64,000 bases of DNA, from positions 114,700,001 to 114,764,000 of the forward strand of contig OX597816.1 in the NCBI GenBank assembly GCA_951406725.2, written 5' to 3'. Each line of letters opens with the position of its first letter. The stretch's first letter is position 1. Shown piece after piece: positions 27,145-40,010 of this stretch. This DNA comes from Octopus vulgaris. Lineage: Eukaryota. A program made the position numbers and the translations under genes. The notes beneath the pieces are model-generated. The model ran no database searches and was not told the DNA's origin. It saw only the letters and a program-made list of their open reading frames with translations.

Positions 27145-27577
27145 TCTTTTTTCTTTACTCGTTCAATTATTTGACTGAGGCCATGCTGGAGCACCACCTT
27201 TTAGTCAAACAAATCGATCCCAGAATTTATTCTTTGTAAGCCTAGTACTTATTCTGTCAGTCTCTTTTGCTGAACTGCTAAGGTATGGGGACATAAACAC
27301 ACCAGCATTGGTTGTCGAGCAATGGTGTGGGGACAAACACAGACACACAAATACATATATATATACATACATATATGTATGTATGTATATATATTTACAC
27401 ACACATATATATATATTTGTATGTATGTATATATATTTACACACACAAATATATATATATATGTATATGTATATATATATATATGTATATATATATGCAT
27501 ATATATACATATATATATATACATCATCATCATCATCATCATCAAACGGACGCTAAACGATGATGATGATGATGATG

Positions 27578-27641
<64 letters not shown>

Positions 27642-27813
27642 TATAAACAATGGGCTTCTTTCAGTCCCTGTCTACAAAATCCACTCACAAAGCTTTAATC
27701 AGCATGGCAACGCTATAGTAGAAGACACTTGCCCAAGGTGTCACACAGTGGGACCGAACCCAGAACCACGTGGCTGGGAAGCAAGGTTCTTACAACATAA
27801 CCACTCCTGCACC
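27145..27813 (-). mobile_element. SINE family A with expanded internal microsatellite
   Basis: Tail at 27145-27345 and head at 27650-27813, homologous to 11927-12304. Confidence 0.82.
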
Positions 27814-28169
27814 TATATTTATATATATATTATAACTGCTACTCCTAAGTTTTAGATGTAGCAGTTATAACTGTCCTAGATAACTGTAATTTTAGTATAT
27901 CATTACTATATGTATAATAAACTGACCTGCCAAGATTTTTTTTTTATTTCAAACTGAAGGAGATAGCTGTAACTGCAGTTTGAACACACCCTACTAAATA
28001 CTGCTTGTTACAGCTGTCTAGTTTGCAGAATGTAGTTGGGATATAAAGACAATTAGGAAGTTTGCTATGAAATGAAAGAAGTACCAGTGATATAATGAGG
28101 AATTGTTAAATTAGTTATGCTCCTATCTATGCAAGAAAGGACCTTGTATATCAAAATGAAAATATATAA

Positions 28170-28412
28170 AAAACATCATCATCGTCAATATTCTCATCAT
28201 CTACATCCTCATTATCATCATCTTTGTCATTATCTTCATCATCACTATTGCCATTGTTATCATCATCATCATCATCATCATCATCAATATTCTCATCATC
28301 TACATCCTCATCCTCATTATCATCATCATCGTCGTCGTCATCATCATCATCATCAATACTCTCATCATCTACATCCTCATTATCATCATCATTATCATCA
28401 GCATCGTCGTCG

Positions 28413-28470
<58 letters not shown>

Positions 28471-28709
28471 TATAGTTTATTGTTACTGATAGAGTGGTGA
28501 TAAGCCAGTCCTTAATATAATTGGTTGCATTGACTGGATATCTTTGTTGCCGTTTCTGGGCAAGAATTTCTCTTCTTTCTTTAAGCTGAACAATTATTTG
28601 ATTTTCTCTTCAATTTCAATTCATTCTATTTGAAATATGATAAAGAAAGAACATGCAATGAAAATTCAATGAGAAAAAAAATTACATATGTGAAAGATGA
28701 AGTAGTCTT

Positions 28710-28759
<50 letters not shown>

Positions 28760-29025
28760 TGGCAGCTGCTGCTACTGACGATAATAATAATAATAATAAT
28801 AATCATAATAATAATAATCATAATAATAATAACAACAACAATAATAATAATAAATCATTTCTTTTATTGTAATAATAGTAATAAGAAGGTGAGGGGGGAA
28901 GAAGATGAAAATTGATGATGGTGATGATGATGATGACTTAGAGGAAGAAGAACGTAAAGAAGGAGAGAAGAAAAAAGAAGATGATGATGATGATGATGAT
29001 GATGGTAGTGGTGGTGGTGGTGATA

Positions 29026-29075
<50 letters not shown>

Positions 29076-29620
29076 GAAGAAGAAGAAAAGGGAGAAGAAG
29101 AAAAGGAGGAGGAAGAAGAAGAAGAAGAAGAAGAAGAAGAAGAAGAAGAAGAAGAAGAAGAAGAGGAGGAAGAAAGAGAAGAAGAAAGAAAAGCAAAAAA
29201 AATTTTAAAAACCATAGGAAGGATGTGCATTATGTTTGTCATTTTCTTTTTTGTTATGTGCGACTGGTAATGAATTTGTCATAAGATTAAAGGAATAGGG
29301 ATTTTCAATGGTATTTTGCTAACAAAGGAAGAAAGGATAAATTGAGAATGATTTTATAAAAGGAAAACTGGAATTAAATATCCTGAAATTGTAGTGTCTG
29401 TTGTGAAAATGGACAGATAGACACACACAAGGAAATGGTAGTGGGGGTGGTGGTGATGGTGGTGGTGACGGTGGTGGTGACGGTGGTGGTGACGCTGGTG
29501 GTGATGGTGGTGGTGGTGGTGGTGGTTGTATTTGTGGTAGTGGTTGTTGTTGTTGTTGTTGTTGTTGCATATGGTGATGAATGGAAGTTTGGGTGAGTGA
29601 CGATAACGATTTTGTTGTTG
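28170..29620. repeat. Cluster of trinucleotide microsatellites (CAT, ACT, AAT, GAT, GAA, GGT, GTT)
   Basis: Directly visible. Confidence 0.95.
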
Positions 29621-29894
29621 TTATTTAGCCCTAGGTCAGTTCTGACTGTTACAGACCTCTGTATCAAATGAGCTAACAGCAGTAACTATCCTGCTTTGTA
29701 AACCATGCACAGAAAATTGAGGACCACATTATACAACACATCTTTATAGATGACTGGATGATTTGAGTGAAATTTGGCTGCTAATTTTAGTATGCTGAAT
29801 GACCATTGGCTCAATAGAAGTTTAGTGATCAGAGCATAGCGGTGGGGTTTGTGCTGTTGGTTTCAGTAGGTGGGGAAAACACATAAACACTTTC

Positions 29895-30255
29895 GTCTTT
29901 TACTTGTTTCAGTCATTAAACTGTGGTCATGCTGGAGCACCATCTTGAAGAAGTCACGTCGAATAAATCAAGAAATTTGTAAAGCCTGGCACTTATTCTC
30001 TTTTGCCGAACAGCTTAAGTTGTGAGTGAAGGACATAAACACACCAACATTCGTTGTCAAGGCAACGGTGGGGACAAACACAGATACAAAGACACAAACA
30101 CACATACACACACACATGAAAGGCTTCTTTCAATTTCCATCTAACACATCCACTCAAAAGGCTTTGGTAGACCCCACCAAGACCATAGTGGAAGACACTT
30201 GCCTAAAGTGCCATGCAGTGGGACTGAACCCAGAATCATGTAGTAGGGAAGTAAA
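29895..30255 (-). mobile_element. SINE family A, decayed
   Basis: tacttgtttcagtcatt...gaagacacttgcctaaagtgccatgcagtgggactgaaccc. Confidence 0.8.
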
Positions 30256-31097
30256 CATCAGGGTTTCAGGTTCAGGCCCACTGTGTGACACTTTCGGAAA
30301 GTGTCAAAGCAACAATAATAACTTCTACATTGTAACTTGTTTTGCAAAAAATAACATCCAAATGACCCTAAATCATAGCTTGCTCCTTTAAAAGAGGACA
30401 AGGCAGTAGCCCTAGATACTTTTAAATCAGTCATGGGCAAACTGCAATGTGCAGGTCACATGTGGTCAGTGGAACTTTCTAGATGGTATGTCTAATGAAA
30501 AATTACCTTTAGTTTTTCTTACCAGTGTGATCTGTCTGGTAATGAGTCATGTTTCATGTAGCCTGTTTCTTGGAACAAGTTTCCCGTTCCTGTTTTAATA
30601 AATGAGATAGCCCAAAAATGGAACTGCATTTGGTCACAGGTCTAAGTCTTTTCAATATGGGATGAAATAGGACTAAACTATAACAGCAACCAAAACGGTA
30701 CCAGTTGTAGTAGTAGTAGTAGTGGTGGTGGTGGTGGTGGTGGTAGTAGTAGTAAATAATTTGGGCTAATCCAAAAACAAACAATAAAATTAAATCAAGC
30801 CCCAACCCCCATACAAGTATATGGAAATACTGAGCAATTTCTTTAAATGAATTTGAAAAGTGAAAAAAAAAACAATTAAATAAAATTTTAAAATTAATTA
30901 GTCTGGGTTTATGATATTAATTTCTCCTTATAAAATAAATGAATGAGGTATTTCTATTGCGTAGAGGGCTGAGGTGATGTTGATAACAAGTGTATGTGTG
31001 TGTCTGTGCATGTATGTATTAATATGTGTTTGCATTTCTGTATGTGTCTGTGTTCTTTCGTGACTCTGTGTATACATGTACACAAGCTTGTAGATTC

Positions 31098-31735
31098 ATA
31101 TGTGGTATCAAAAAGTTCCCAAACTAGTTCTGTAGTATGCCAACAGATGGCAGCACATGGGTGCATGCATAGTGAGAGCTAACAGTGGCCTGCATGAAGC
31201 AGTGGGCTAAGTGATATAGCTATGTTTACTTCAAAAGTTGTGAAATTTGTATTTTTGTGATCACATGTACGCTGTAGTCTACAATTTTGTCATAGATTTG
31301 TGGAGGTAATGTGAAATTTTTCCATCAAACTTGGGAAGTCTGTTACAGAGCCATTGAACATGTTTTGGCAATCTTACAGCGATGAGGCAATGAATTGTAT
31401 GCTTCAAAAGTGGAAGAACATCCTCGAAAGATGATATGCAATCTGGAGGGCATGCTACGAGTGTTACCCTTGGAAATGTAGTATTGTGCATTGAGAATTC
31501 ATCCCCCTGGGCTAGAATATCAATTGAGAGATCTACTGCAACATTCTTAAGTGTTTCAGTGATGAGATTTGGCAAAAGTGATCAGATTTGTGGAGCATGA
31601 AAAATTGGATTTGTCACAACGACAATGCACCCTGTCACCAAGTTCTCCTCACTCATGAGTTGCTCACCAAAAACTACCCACCCTATTTGCCAGATTTAGC
31701 ACCTGCAGACTTCCATCTCTTCCCCAAGATGAAAG
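31098..31735 (+). mobile_element. Truncated, CpG-decayed copy of the mariner derivative at 7996-8921
   Basis: gtggtatcaaaaagttcccaaactagt TIR and collinear 5' region; YLPDLAPADFHLFPKMK at the 3' end; right TIR not seen. Confidence 0.85.
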
Positions 31736-32589
31736 GCAGCATTCTATTTTTGTAGCAAATTAAAATGCACCTTTCCCTATTGCACACACACTCTAAGAAA
31801 TTATAGCAAATAAAATGAACCATAAAAATTAATTTTCCATTAAAGGAATGCAAGAATTGTTGACAATTCTAAACTGGTATTGGTCTCAAAGAATAAATAT
31901 TAGGCTAAAATTTTAGAATTTCTATTAAGATAACTAAAACACAAAAAAAAAGACCAAAATGATCAGAAAGAAATAATGAAAGAAAAACAAAAGGAAGAAA
32001 GAAAGAAATAAGAGAATGAGAGTAGTAGTTTGAATTTTTGGGAGAGGTGTATGTCAGAATGGGAAGAAAGTGGAGGGAGTAAAATGCTAAAATGTGAAAG
32101 AAGAAAATGGAGTTGAAAGCTAAGAACAGAGGAGCTGTGGAAATGGAAAGAAAATGGCAAGTGTTTAGAAGAAAGAAGTATGCAAAAATAATATGTAGGA
32201 ATTAAGAATGAAAGTGAAAATAAAATGAAAGAATGATATAGATGATGAAGGAGGTAGCAGTTTATGAAAAATATAATAGGAGGAAAAAAGAATAAAACGT
32301 GAATGAAGATGAAGAATCTGGAAAAATCTGGAGGAAGAAGTAAAAGTGGATAAACAGAAATAAATTTTGACTTGTACAGAAGTGGTAAAAAGCCAATTGC
32401 ATTTAGCTAGTAACTTTTAACCTTGGGAAGATCAACAGGAACCCTATCTTCCTGCTATTTACATGAATTATAGGCTTGGGGTATCACATGGTAAAACTGT
32501 CAAACCACTTGAAGAATAGTCTTCTTTAAAATTGCTTGGCCTTGCTTTCTTATCTGGTCTTTTTGGGGGTTCTTACATTCACTCAGTTA

Positions 32590-33330
32590 GTAGGTGTATT
32601 TCCCATAAGTTTGGGTCATTGTATACATCAAAGGACTACCTCACATCCAAGGCCATCATGTTTCTTTACAAGTCTACAGTTCATCCTTGTATGGAATACT
32701 GTTGCCATACATGGGCAGGTGAACCATCTTGTCACTTGGATCACTTCAACCACGAGTTTCTAATTTGATTGGTCCTTCTCTTACTTCAACTCTGCAACCC
32801 TTGTCACATTGACATGACATTGCTGGTCTTAGTCTTTTCTACTGTTATCAGGGGTGGACCCAAGATGGGGCCTGAGATGGACATTCCCCCACCTCAAGAA
32901 AAGAAGCATGCCCTTCTAAATAATGTTATTATACCCTTTCCTCTTGGCATTGCATTCCCTTCTGACTTTGTGCTCTCCCTTCAGAAAATTCCTGGGACCG
33001 CACTTGGTTATTACCACAGGAAGTGCTCTGATGAACTTTCTCTCTTAGTTCTGGATCACTTTGTACCATCCCACCTGTCTTAAAACTCATAATGTCTTTA
33101 TCCAAATGCTGTTGTGCTTCCATGAATAAGATAGTCTTTCTGTGAACATAGCTTTTTCCTTAAACTGCCAGATATTAGAACTCACTTTCATCTCCCTAAC
33201 CCTAACCCTAACCCTAACCTTATGACCAAAACTCTTTCAAGACCAAAGTAAATTCATTTCTTCCACTTTAATTTCTCCTTCTTCATAGTCCCTTATAATA
33301 AGTGGATTGACACCTTGTTAGAGACTTTCT
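32590..33330 (+). pseudogene. 3' fragment of a CR1-group LINE reverse transcriptase
   Basis: LYKSTVHPCMEYCCHTWAG...LIGPSLTSTLQPLSH*HDIAGLSLFYCY / YHRKCSDELSLLV matches the CR1-group (Zenon-like) C-terminal motifs LYKxxxRPxMEYCxHxWAG and LxPLxxRRxVAxLxxFYRxYxGxCSxEL. Confidence 0.8.
32849..33006. mobile_element. Small MITE inserted into the LINE fragment
   Basis: Imperfect TIRs caggggtggacccaag / cctgggaccgcacttg flanked by a GTTAT duplication; interrupts the RT motif FYCY|YH. Confidence 0.6.
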
Positions 33331-34294
33331 AATTTAAAAAGAATATCACTGATAATTGTTTATTTAATCATGGATGGCTCAAAGATAAAGATGACTCCAT
33401 GAGAAAGTGAATGTGGGAATGTGTGAATGTAGTGAGATGCTACTAGTTGCTGTAAATCACTTCATATAATGCTCTCTTAACTCTTTAGCATTTAGATTAC
33501 TCTGTCAAATATTGTGGGAAGGAAGTTGGACAGACAGACAGACAGGCAGGCAGATAGATAGATTGATTGATAGATAGATAGATAGATAAATTGATAGATA
33601 AATATAAAAAGATAAATTTTAAATTTAAATTTAAATAAGTATGTTCTCTAATCATTAAAATTTACTGCAGAGAATTATTTTCTGCAGAATTATTTCCAGT
33701 ATTTTAGCGCACCAAAACAAGGACTTTTGAAAGATAACCCCAGTTGTAATTGGTAGAATTGTATACATGTTCAATCTCATGTGAACATTTTATGTATAGT
33801 TCTGCAAATTATATTTGTAATGACGATCATACCGAAGAGCTACAGACAATTGTGTAAGTAAAATTGTGTAACTGTTGATAGCGAAACATGTCTATGATTA
33901 ATTTATATTTTTGTTTCTTTTCATTTGTCTTTCTCGCTTATGTTCTGGCGTTTGCTAAATTTTCTTGAGAACATTCCTTTCTTAGTGGTAAGACCATAGC
34001 GGATTTACTTCTAGCATAAGGGTTGTCCACGTAGTTGTCATCCCTCTTATACGTATGTAATAGATAGATAGATAAATAGATAGATATACAGATGGATAAT
34101 AGATAGATAGGTAGAAAGATAGGCATGTAGGAAGGTAGATAGAATGATTAATTCATATAAATGCATATCTTCACCACTATTCTCTCTCTTTCTCTCCTCT
34201 AACTAGGGTTGCCATTTATCCCCTCTTCAATAAGACACCTGTTTCTGTGTCTGGCATAAATCCATCTTTCTCAATCTATTCTTCTCTCACAGGT

Positions 34295-34472
34295 TCTGGT
34301 GTCACATAAAGAAAAAACTCTCAGTTCACTCTGTAAAGTGGTTTGTGCTGGAAAGGGCATCCAGCCATGCAAACTATGCCAGAGCAGACAAAAGAGCATG
34401 GTGCTTGCTGTCCTCTGGCTTGCCAGCTCCTGTCAAACTATCCAACACATGCCAGCATGAAACAGATGTTAA

Positions 34473-34510
<38 letters not shown>
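34295..34510 (+). mobile_element. RTE-type 3' tail element
   Basis: ggaaagggcatccagcc...catgccagcatgaaacagatgttaaatgatgatgat. Confidence 0.72.
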
Positions 34511-34511
<1 letters not shown>

Positions 34512-35407
34512 GTAGATAGATAGATAAATAGATAGATAGAAAAATAGATAGATAGAAAAAAAGAAAGATGATAGCTGGATGGATGGATGGATAGATGGAT
34601 GGGTAGATGGATGGTTGGATGGATGGAAATAAGAAAAATAAAACAGAAAAGGGGAATTAAAGAAACAGGGAGAGATATAAAGAAATGAGAAATCAAAGAG
34701 AAGAAATTATTAGATAAAAAAATGACAAACTAATAAGAAAACAAAGAAAGAAAGAGCTTTTTTTTTTAAAAAAAAAAGATGTTAAAGAAGGAAGAAGAAC
34801 TATTAAGAAGACAAAATCAAAAGAAGAAAAATAGAAGACAAAGATATAGAAAACTTAAGAGTTTGACTAAAGAAAAAAAAGTAGATAATAAAAGCAAAAC
34901 AAACAAAAAATATGAAAAATAAACAAAAACTAAAAAGAAAGATGAAAAGAGAAAAATTAAAGAAAATAGAATCAGTGAAAATGAAAGAGAATATAGAGAA
35001 AGAAGGAAGAAAAGAGAGTAGTAGTAGTAGTAGTAGTAGTAATAGTAGTAGTAGTAGTAGTAAGAAGAGAAGGGGGACAGTATGATAAAAAGGGGAGGAG
35101 TTGGTGAAGAGGGGAGAAGAAAGAAGAGTTACGTAATGAGTTGAATCAATGGAGATAATGTATATTTAATTTTCTTCATTGTTCAAATTTAATGACAGTT
35201 TAATGTATCCACACCCCACATCTCTCTTTCCCTATTTCTCTCTCTTTTCTCTCTTCTTCTTTCTCTTTCTCTTCTCCCTTGTCTTCTTTCACGTTCTTGC
35301 TTTCTTTTATTGTATCTCTAGTATTACTCGTCTTCTTTTTCAACTATTTCTTTTGCTCTTCCATGCATGAACATATTCACGCGCACAGATATTCTCTCTC
35401 TCCCCAT

Positions 35408-35477
<70 letters not shown>

Positions 35478-35509
35478 GTCTAGTATCAAATCCTGTTAAG
35501 ACCAACAAT

Positions 35510-36810
35510 AATGGTTTCAAACTTTGGCACAAGGCCAACAGTTTTTGAGGGGAGGGGGAAGTCGATTACATCATTCCCAGTACTTGACTGGTACTTATTT
35601 TATTGACCCTGAATTAATGACATGCAAAGTTGACTTTGATGGAGTTTGAACTCAGAACGTAAAAGCAGACAAAAGGTCACTTGGCATTTCACCCAGCATG
35701 CTGATTCTACCAGCTAATCACCTTCAGCTCAACAATAATCTTTTCTATTATAGACACAAGGTCTGAAATTTGGGGGAGGAGACAGAGCTCAACTGGTAAT
35801 TATTTTATCAACCCCAGGAGGTTGAAAAGCAAAGTCACTTCGGCAGCATTTGAACTCAGAATGTATTGAGAAATAAAATGCTGCTAAGCATTTTTCCTTG
35901 TGTGCTAATGATTCATATTTCTTTATTGCCCACAAGGGGCTAAACATTTCTTTATTACCCACAAGGGGCTAAACATAGCGGGGACAAACGAGGACATTAA
36001 ATCGATTACATCGACCCTAATGCATAACTGGTACTTAATTTATCGACCCCGAAAGGACGAAAGGTAAAGTCGACCTCGGCGGAATTTGAACTCAGAACGT
36101 AACGGCAGACGAAATACCTATTTCTTTACTGCCCACAAGGGGTTACACACAGAGGGGTCAAACAAGGACAGACAAACAGATTAAGTCGATTACATCGACC
36201 CCAGTGCGTAACTGGTACTTATTTAATCGACCCCGAAAGGATGAAAGGCAAAGTCGACCTCGGTGGAATTTGAACTCAGAACATAGCGGCAGACGAAATA
36301 CTGCTAAGCATTTCGCCCGGTGTGCTAACATTTCTGCCAGTTCGCCGCCTTTGTGCTAATGATTCGGCCAGCTTGCTGCTTTACTTCAGCCCCAAAATAA
36401 TCCTTTCTACTGGAAGCACAAGGCCTCAAATTTGTAAGAAAGGACTATGTCCATTATATCGATCCTAGTGCATAACTGGTGCTTATTTAATCGACCCCAA
36501 AAGGATGAAAGGCAAAGTTGAGCTTGATGGAATTTGAACTAAGAACGTGAAGACGGATAAAATACCGCAAAAGTATTTTCCCCGGCATGCAAACGATTCT
36601 GCCAGCTCGCCACCCTTTTCAGCCCCGAGATAATATAAATAATTTAATCTATCTTCACGTTCTGAGTTCAAATGTTGCTGGGGTTGATTTTGCTTTTCAT
36701 CCTTTCAGGGTCGATAAATAAATTATGGTGAAACACTGGGGTTGATGTAATCGACTTATCCCCTCCCCACTCCAAATTTCAGGTTCTGGGCTTATAGTAG
36801 AAAGGAATAT
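35510..36810. mobile_element. Cluster of about six SINE D copies (five minus, one plus)
   Basis: Repeated tcgaccccgaaaggatgaaaggcaaagtcgacctcggcggaatttgaactcagaac at ~35600, 35810, 36045, 36228 and 36491; inverted copy at 36650-36810. Confidence 0.9.
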
Positions 36811-36874
36811 AAATAATTTAGTACTTAACACAATGTAATGCAAATAATTAATGCATTTGTTACTGCCACCCTTC

Positions 36875-37070
36875 TCCTTTTCAACCACCACTGCCATCAC
36901 CACCACTGTCACTATCACCACTACCAACGCCGCCACCACCACTACTACCACCATCACCACCGCCACCACTACTACCACCATCACCAGCACCATCACCTCT
37001 ACTGCCACCACCACCACCACCATCACCACCACTACTGCCACCACCACCACCACCACCACCACCACCGTAC
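36875..37070. repeat. (CAC)n degenerate microsatellite
   Basis: Directly visible. Confidence 0.95.
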
Positions 37071-38022
37071 TGTGAGTACAGCAAAAGTCATGACCATGCG
37101 GTGAATACAGTCACTACTAGTGTTACCATTTACCACCCTCATAGTATTGCACACTACCCTCCTCAGCTCCCACCACCATTACCAACATCAAAGAGCTTCT
37201 GAAAACAACTATGTAGTTGCTGGACATAGCTAAACACCCTTCAAATTACACTCAACCACTCCGAAGAAAAGGAAGGACACATTAAACATAGTAGGCTTAG
37301 ATATACGAAAAGACAAGATGGTTACAGCTGGTAAGTCTTTGACTATATGTTGTCTGTTTGTGTAAGACTGACCTGGGGCTAAACAACGTCAACAATACCA
37401 TGACAACGACGATGACGATGCTGTTGATGATGATGATCCTCATCATCGTCATAACCACACTTCCCCATTGTTTTAACAATGGAAAGAACCCATTTAGTCT
37501 CACTGCCAAAAAACTGAAAACACATGTTCATAATTTTCCCCTACATTTCTACGGTGTAGCACTTCTGCTAATCAAATTTGTAATTCAGCTTACAAATGCT
37601 TGTACAGTTGTGTAGAGTGTATTTGGTCGTCGTCGTCATCATCATCATCATCATCATCATTTGATATCTGTTGTCCATGCTGGCATAGCTTGGACGGTTT
37701 GACCAGGGCTGACAAGCTGGGAGGCTGTACCAGACTCCAGTCCGATTTGGTTTCTACGACCAGCCACTCCGAGGGTGTAATTGGTGCTTTTACCTACCAC
37801 CGGCACTGGTGCTATTTACATGACACTGGTATCTGCTATGACTGCAGTTTTGCTCGACTTGATGAGTCTTCATTTCAAGCACGACCTAATGCCAAACGTC
37901 TCGGTCATTGCCTCCGTGGGGCCGAACACTTGAAAGGAGCTCAGCCTCTTTGCTTCCGTGAGGCCTAATGCTCGAAAGGTGCTTTTTACGTGACACCAAC
38001 TCAGCAACGACTACAGAATAAA

Positions 38023-38069
38023 GAGATTTCTGACGAAGCTTTAACAAAAGCTGAAACTAGTCAGACTGA
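38023..38069 (+). ncRNA. Minimal type I hammerhead ribozyme motif
   Basis: gagattt CTGACGA agcttt aaca aaagct GAAA ctag TC agact: intact core, perfect 6-bp stem II, palindromic ACTAGT stem III, GUC cleavage triplet; stem I only ~3 bp. Confidence 0.7.
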
Positions 38070-38145
38070 TGTCTTTTTTTCTTGACAGAGAGAAACCTGT
38101 AGTTTAATTCTCATGTCTGCTGACGTGCATGCTTGCCTGCACGTG

Positions 38146-38188
<43 letters not shown>

Positions 38189-38742
38189 GCACGCACACAT
38201 TCCACTGTAGATACGTATATACAATAACCAGAAAACGGGTGTGGTATTCAGTGTTCTATAGGATATACACGTGTTTTAACGAAGTGTCGAAATAGTTACA
38301 TAACAATGAAGAAACATTATGTAATGTGCAATGCGTGTGTATAGTTGCTGCAACTTGGTCAAATGTTTAAGAATTCAATTTCATTCGTAGTAACAAATTG
38401 CTGGTTTCGTAGCCTCAAGATTAGTTTGAGCCTTGTGGAGGAAGATGGGTAGATGGTGGTTATGTGGAAGTTCGCCGGATGGTTTGTGTCTCTAATTTCA
38501 ATGTTCTTGTCATACGCATGAGTTGTATTAAGGGTACACATGTCTATGGAATACACTGCAGTTTTCATGATAGTTCAATGAACAGCTGGTTCAGTTGATT
38601 GAACACCTGAATATTCATTTTCAAAACAAACAGAGATCAATTTTTCTTGTTTACTTTGCACGTGTGATAGATAGAAAGATAGATAGACAGATAGATAGAA
38701 AGGTAGGGGACAGGCAGGTAAGTAGATAGGTAGATAGGTAGG

Positions 38743-38797
<55 letters not shown>

Positions 38798-38956
38798 GTA
38801 GGTAGGTAGGTAGGTAGGTAGGTAGGTAGGTAGGTTCGTAGGTAGGTAGACAGGCAGACAGGCTGGTTGGTAGGTAGATAGGTTGATAGACAAATAGACA
38901 AACGGATGGAGGGATGGGTGGGTGGATGAACGGACTGTCAGATAGATAGATGGATG

Positions 38957-39018
<62 letters not shown>

Positions 39019-39753
39019 GGGAGAGGGTGGGGAACGCACATTAAGCTACAGCTGGAGAGGACAAGAGTCTCTCATTTTAATTCTCCAATTGCCGCTCTAT
39101 CACCCACTTTATATTGCCGTCTCCTACATTACACAAAATATATGAACACACACTGGAAATTCTTATTAGTGAGTATGTGTGTATATGCATGTATGTGTTT
39201 GTGCATATACGTATATGTGTGTACATATGTATGTAACCATAGACACAATCCTACATTCATAGATACATACACACATAAATACACACACGTACATACACAT
39301 AGATATTTTATTTAAGTTCCTTCATTTGTTTTTCATTTTCTCGGTCCTTTTTGCACGCACAGACCACCACTAAGTTATCTATTCGAATGACTATGTCCTT
39401 ACATACATATACATACATCCATCCATCCATGCATACATACATACATAACTTATATATTTGCGTGTGTGTGTGTGCATACGTGTGTATGTTTGTGCTTGTA
39501 TAAGCTATTTGTACGGAGAAGTAATACAAACACAAACATAATAAAAAGAAAACCAGGGAAAAAAAAGTAGCACTGAAGAATATGAAAACAAAAAAGAAAT
39601 GTAAAAGAGGAAAAAGAAAAACTATAATAATCAGAAGAAAGTAAAAAGAAAGGGAAAGGAAGAAAGGGAGAAAAAATTAGGCTTGAGATAACGGAGAAAG
39701 AAAGAAACTCACTCAAAACAATTAGTTTATTTTTACCAATTTTACTGGAATAC

Positions 39754-39833
39754 CTTGAAGTCATCTCAAGTTCAACGTCAGTCATATCAGTTTTAGTGTT
39801 AAAACCTTCAGTTCTTTGGAGAAATTTGGCCAA
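39754..39833 (-). CDS. Candidate internal exon (80 nt), product unknown
   Basis: Acceptor ttgtcttattaattcag, donor AAG|gtattc, open frame LAKFLQRTEGFNTKTDMTDVELEMTS. Splicing to an acceptor at 38606 would give ...MTSRCSIN*. Confidence 0.3.
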
Positions 39834-39959
39834 CTGAATTAATAAGACAATGAACTCATTTTATTTCATTCTTGAAGAAAACTATTAATTAAAAGACAGT
39901 TCCTTTGCCAATACCTGTCTTACGCCATCTTCTCTTCTCCAAACACACTCTCTCTCATC

Positions 39960-40010
<51 letters not shown>

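Noticed and set aside
28117-28500. His-rich ORF with three HHQYSHHLHPHY units, superficially like His-rich structural proteins
   Set aside because: Built from a (CAT)n microsatellite with local duplication; no signal peptide, Gly/Ala-rich motifs or splice support.
28905-29270. Acidic D/E-rich ORF
   Set aside because: Adjacent (GAT)n and (GAA)n microsatellites.
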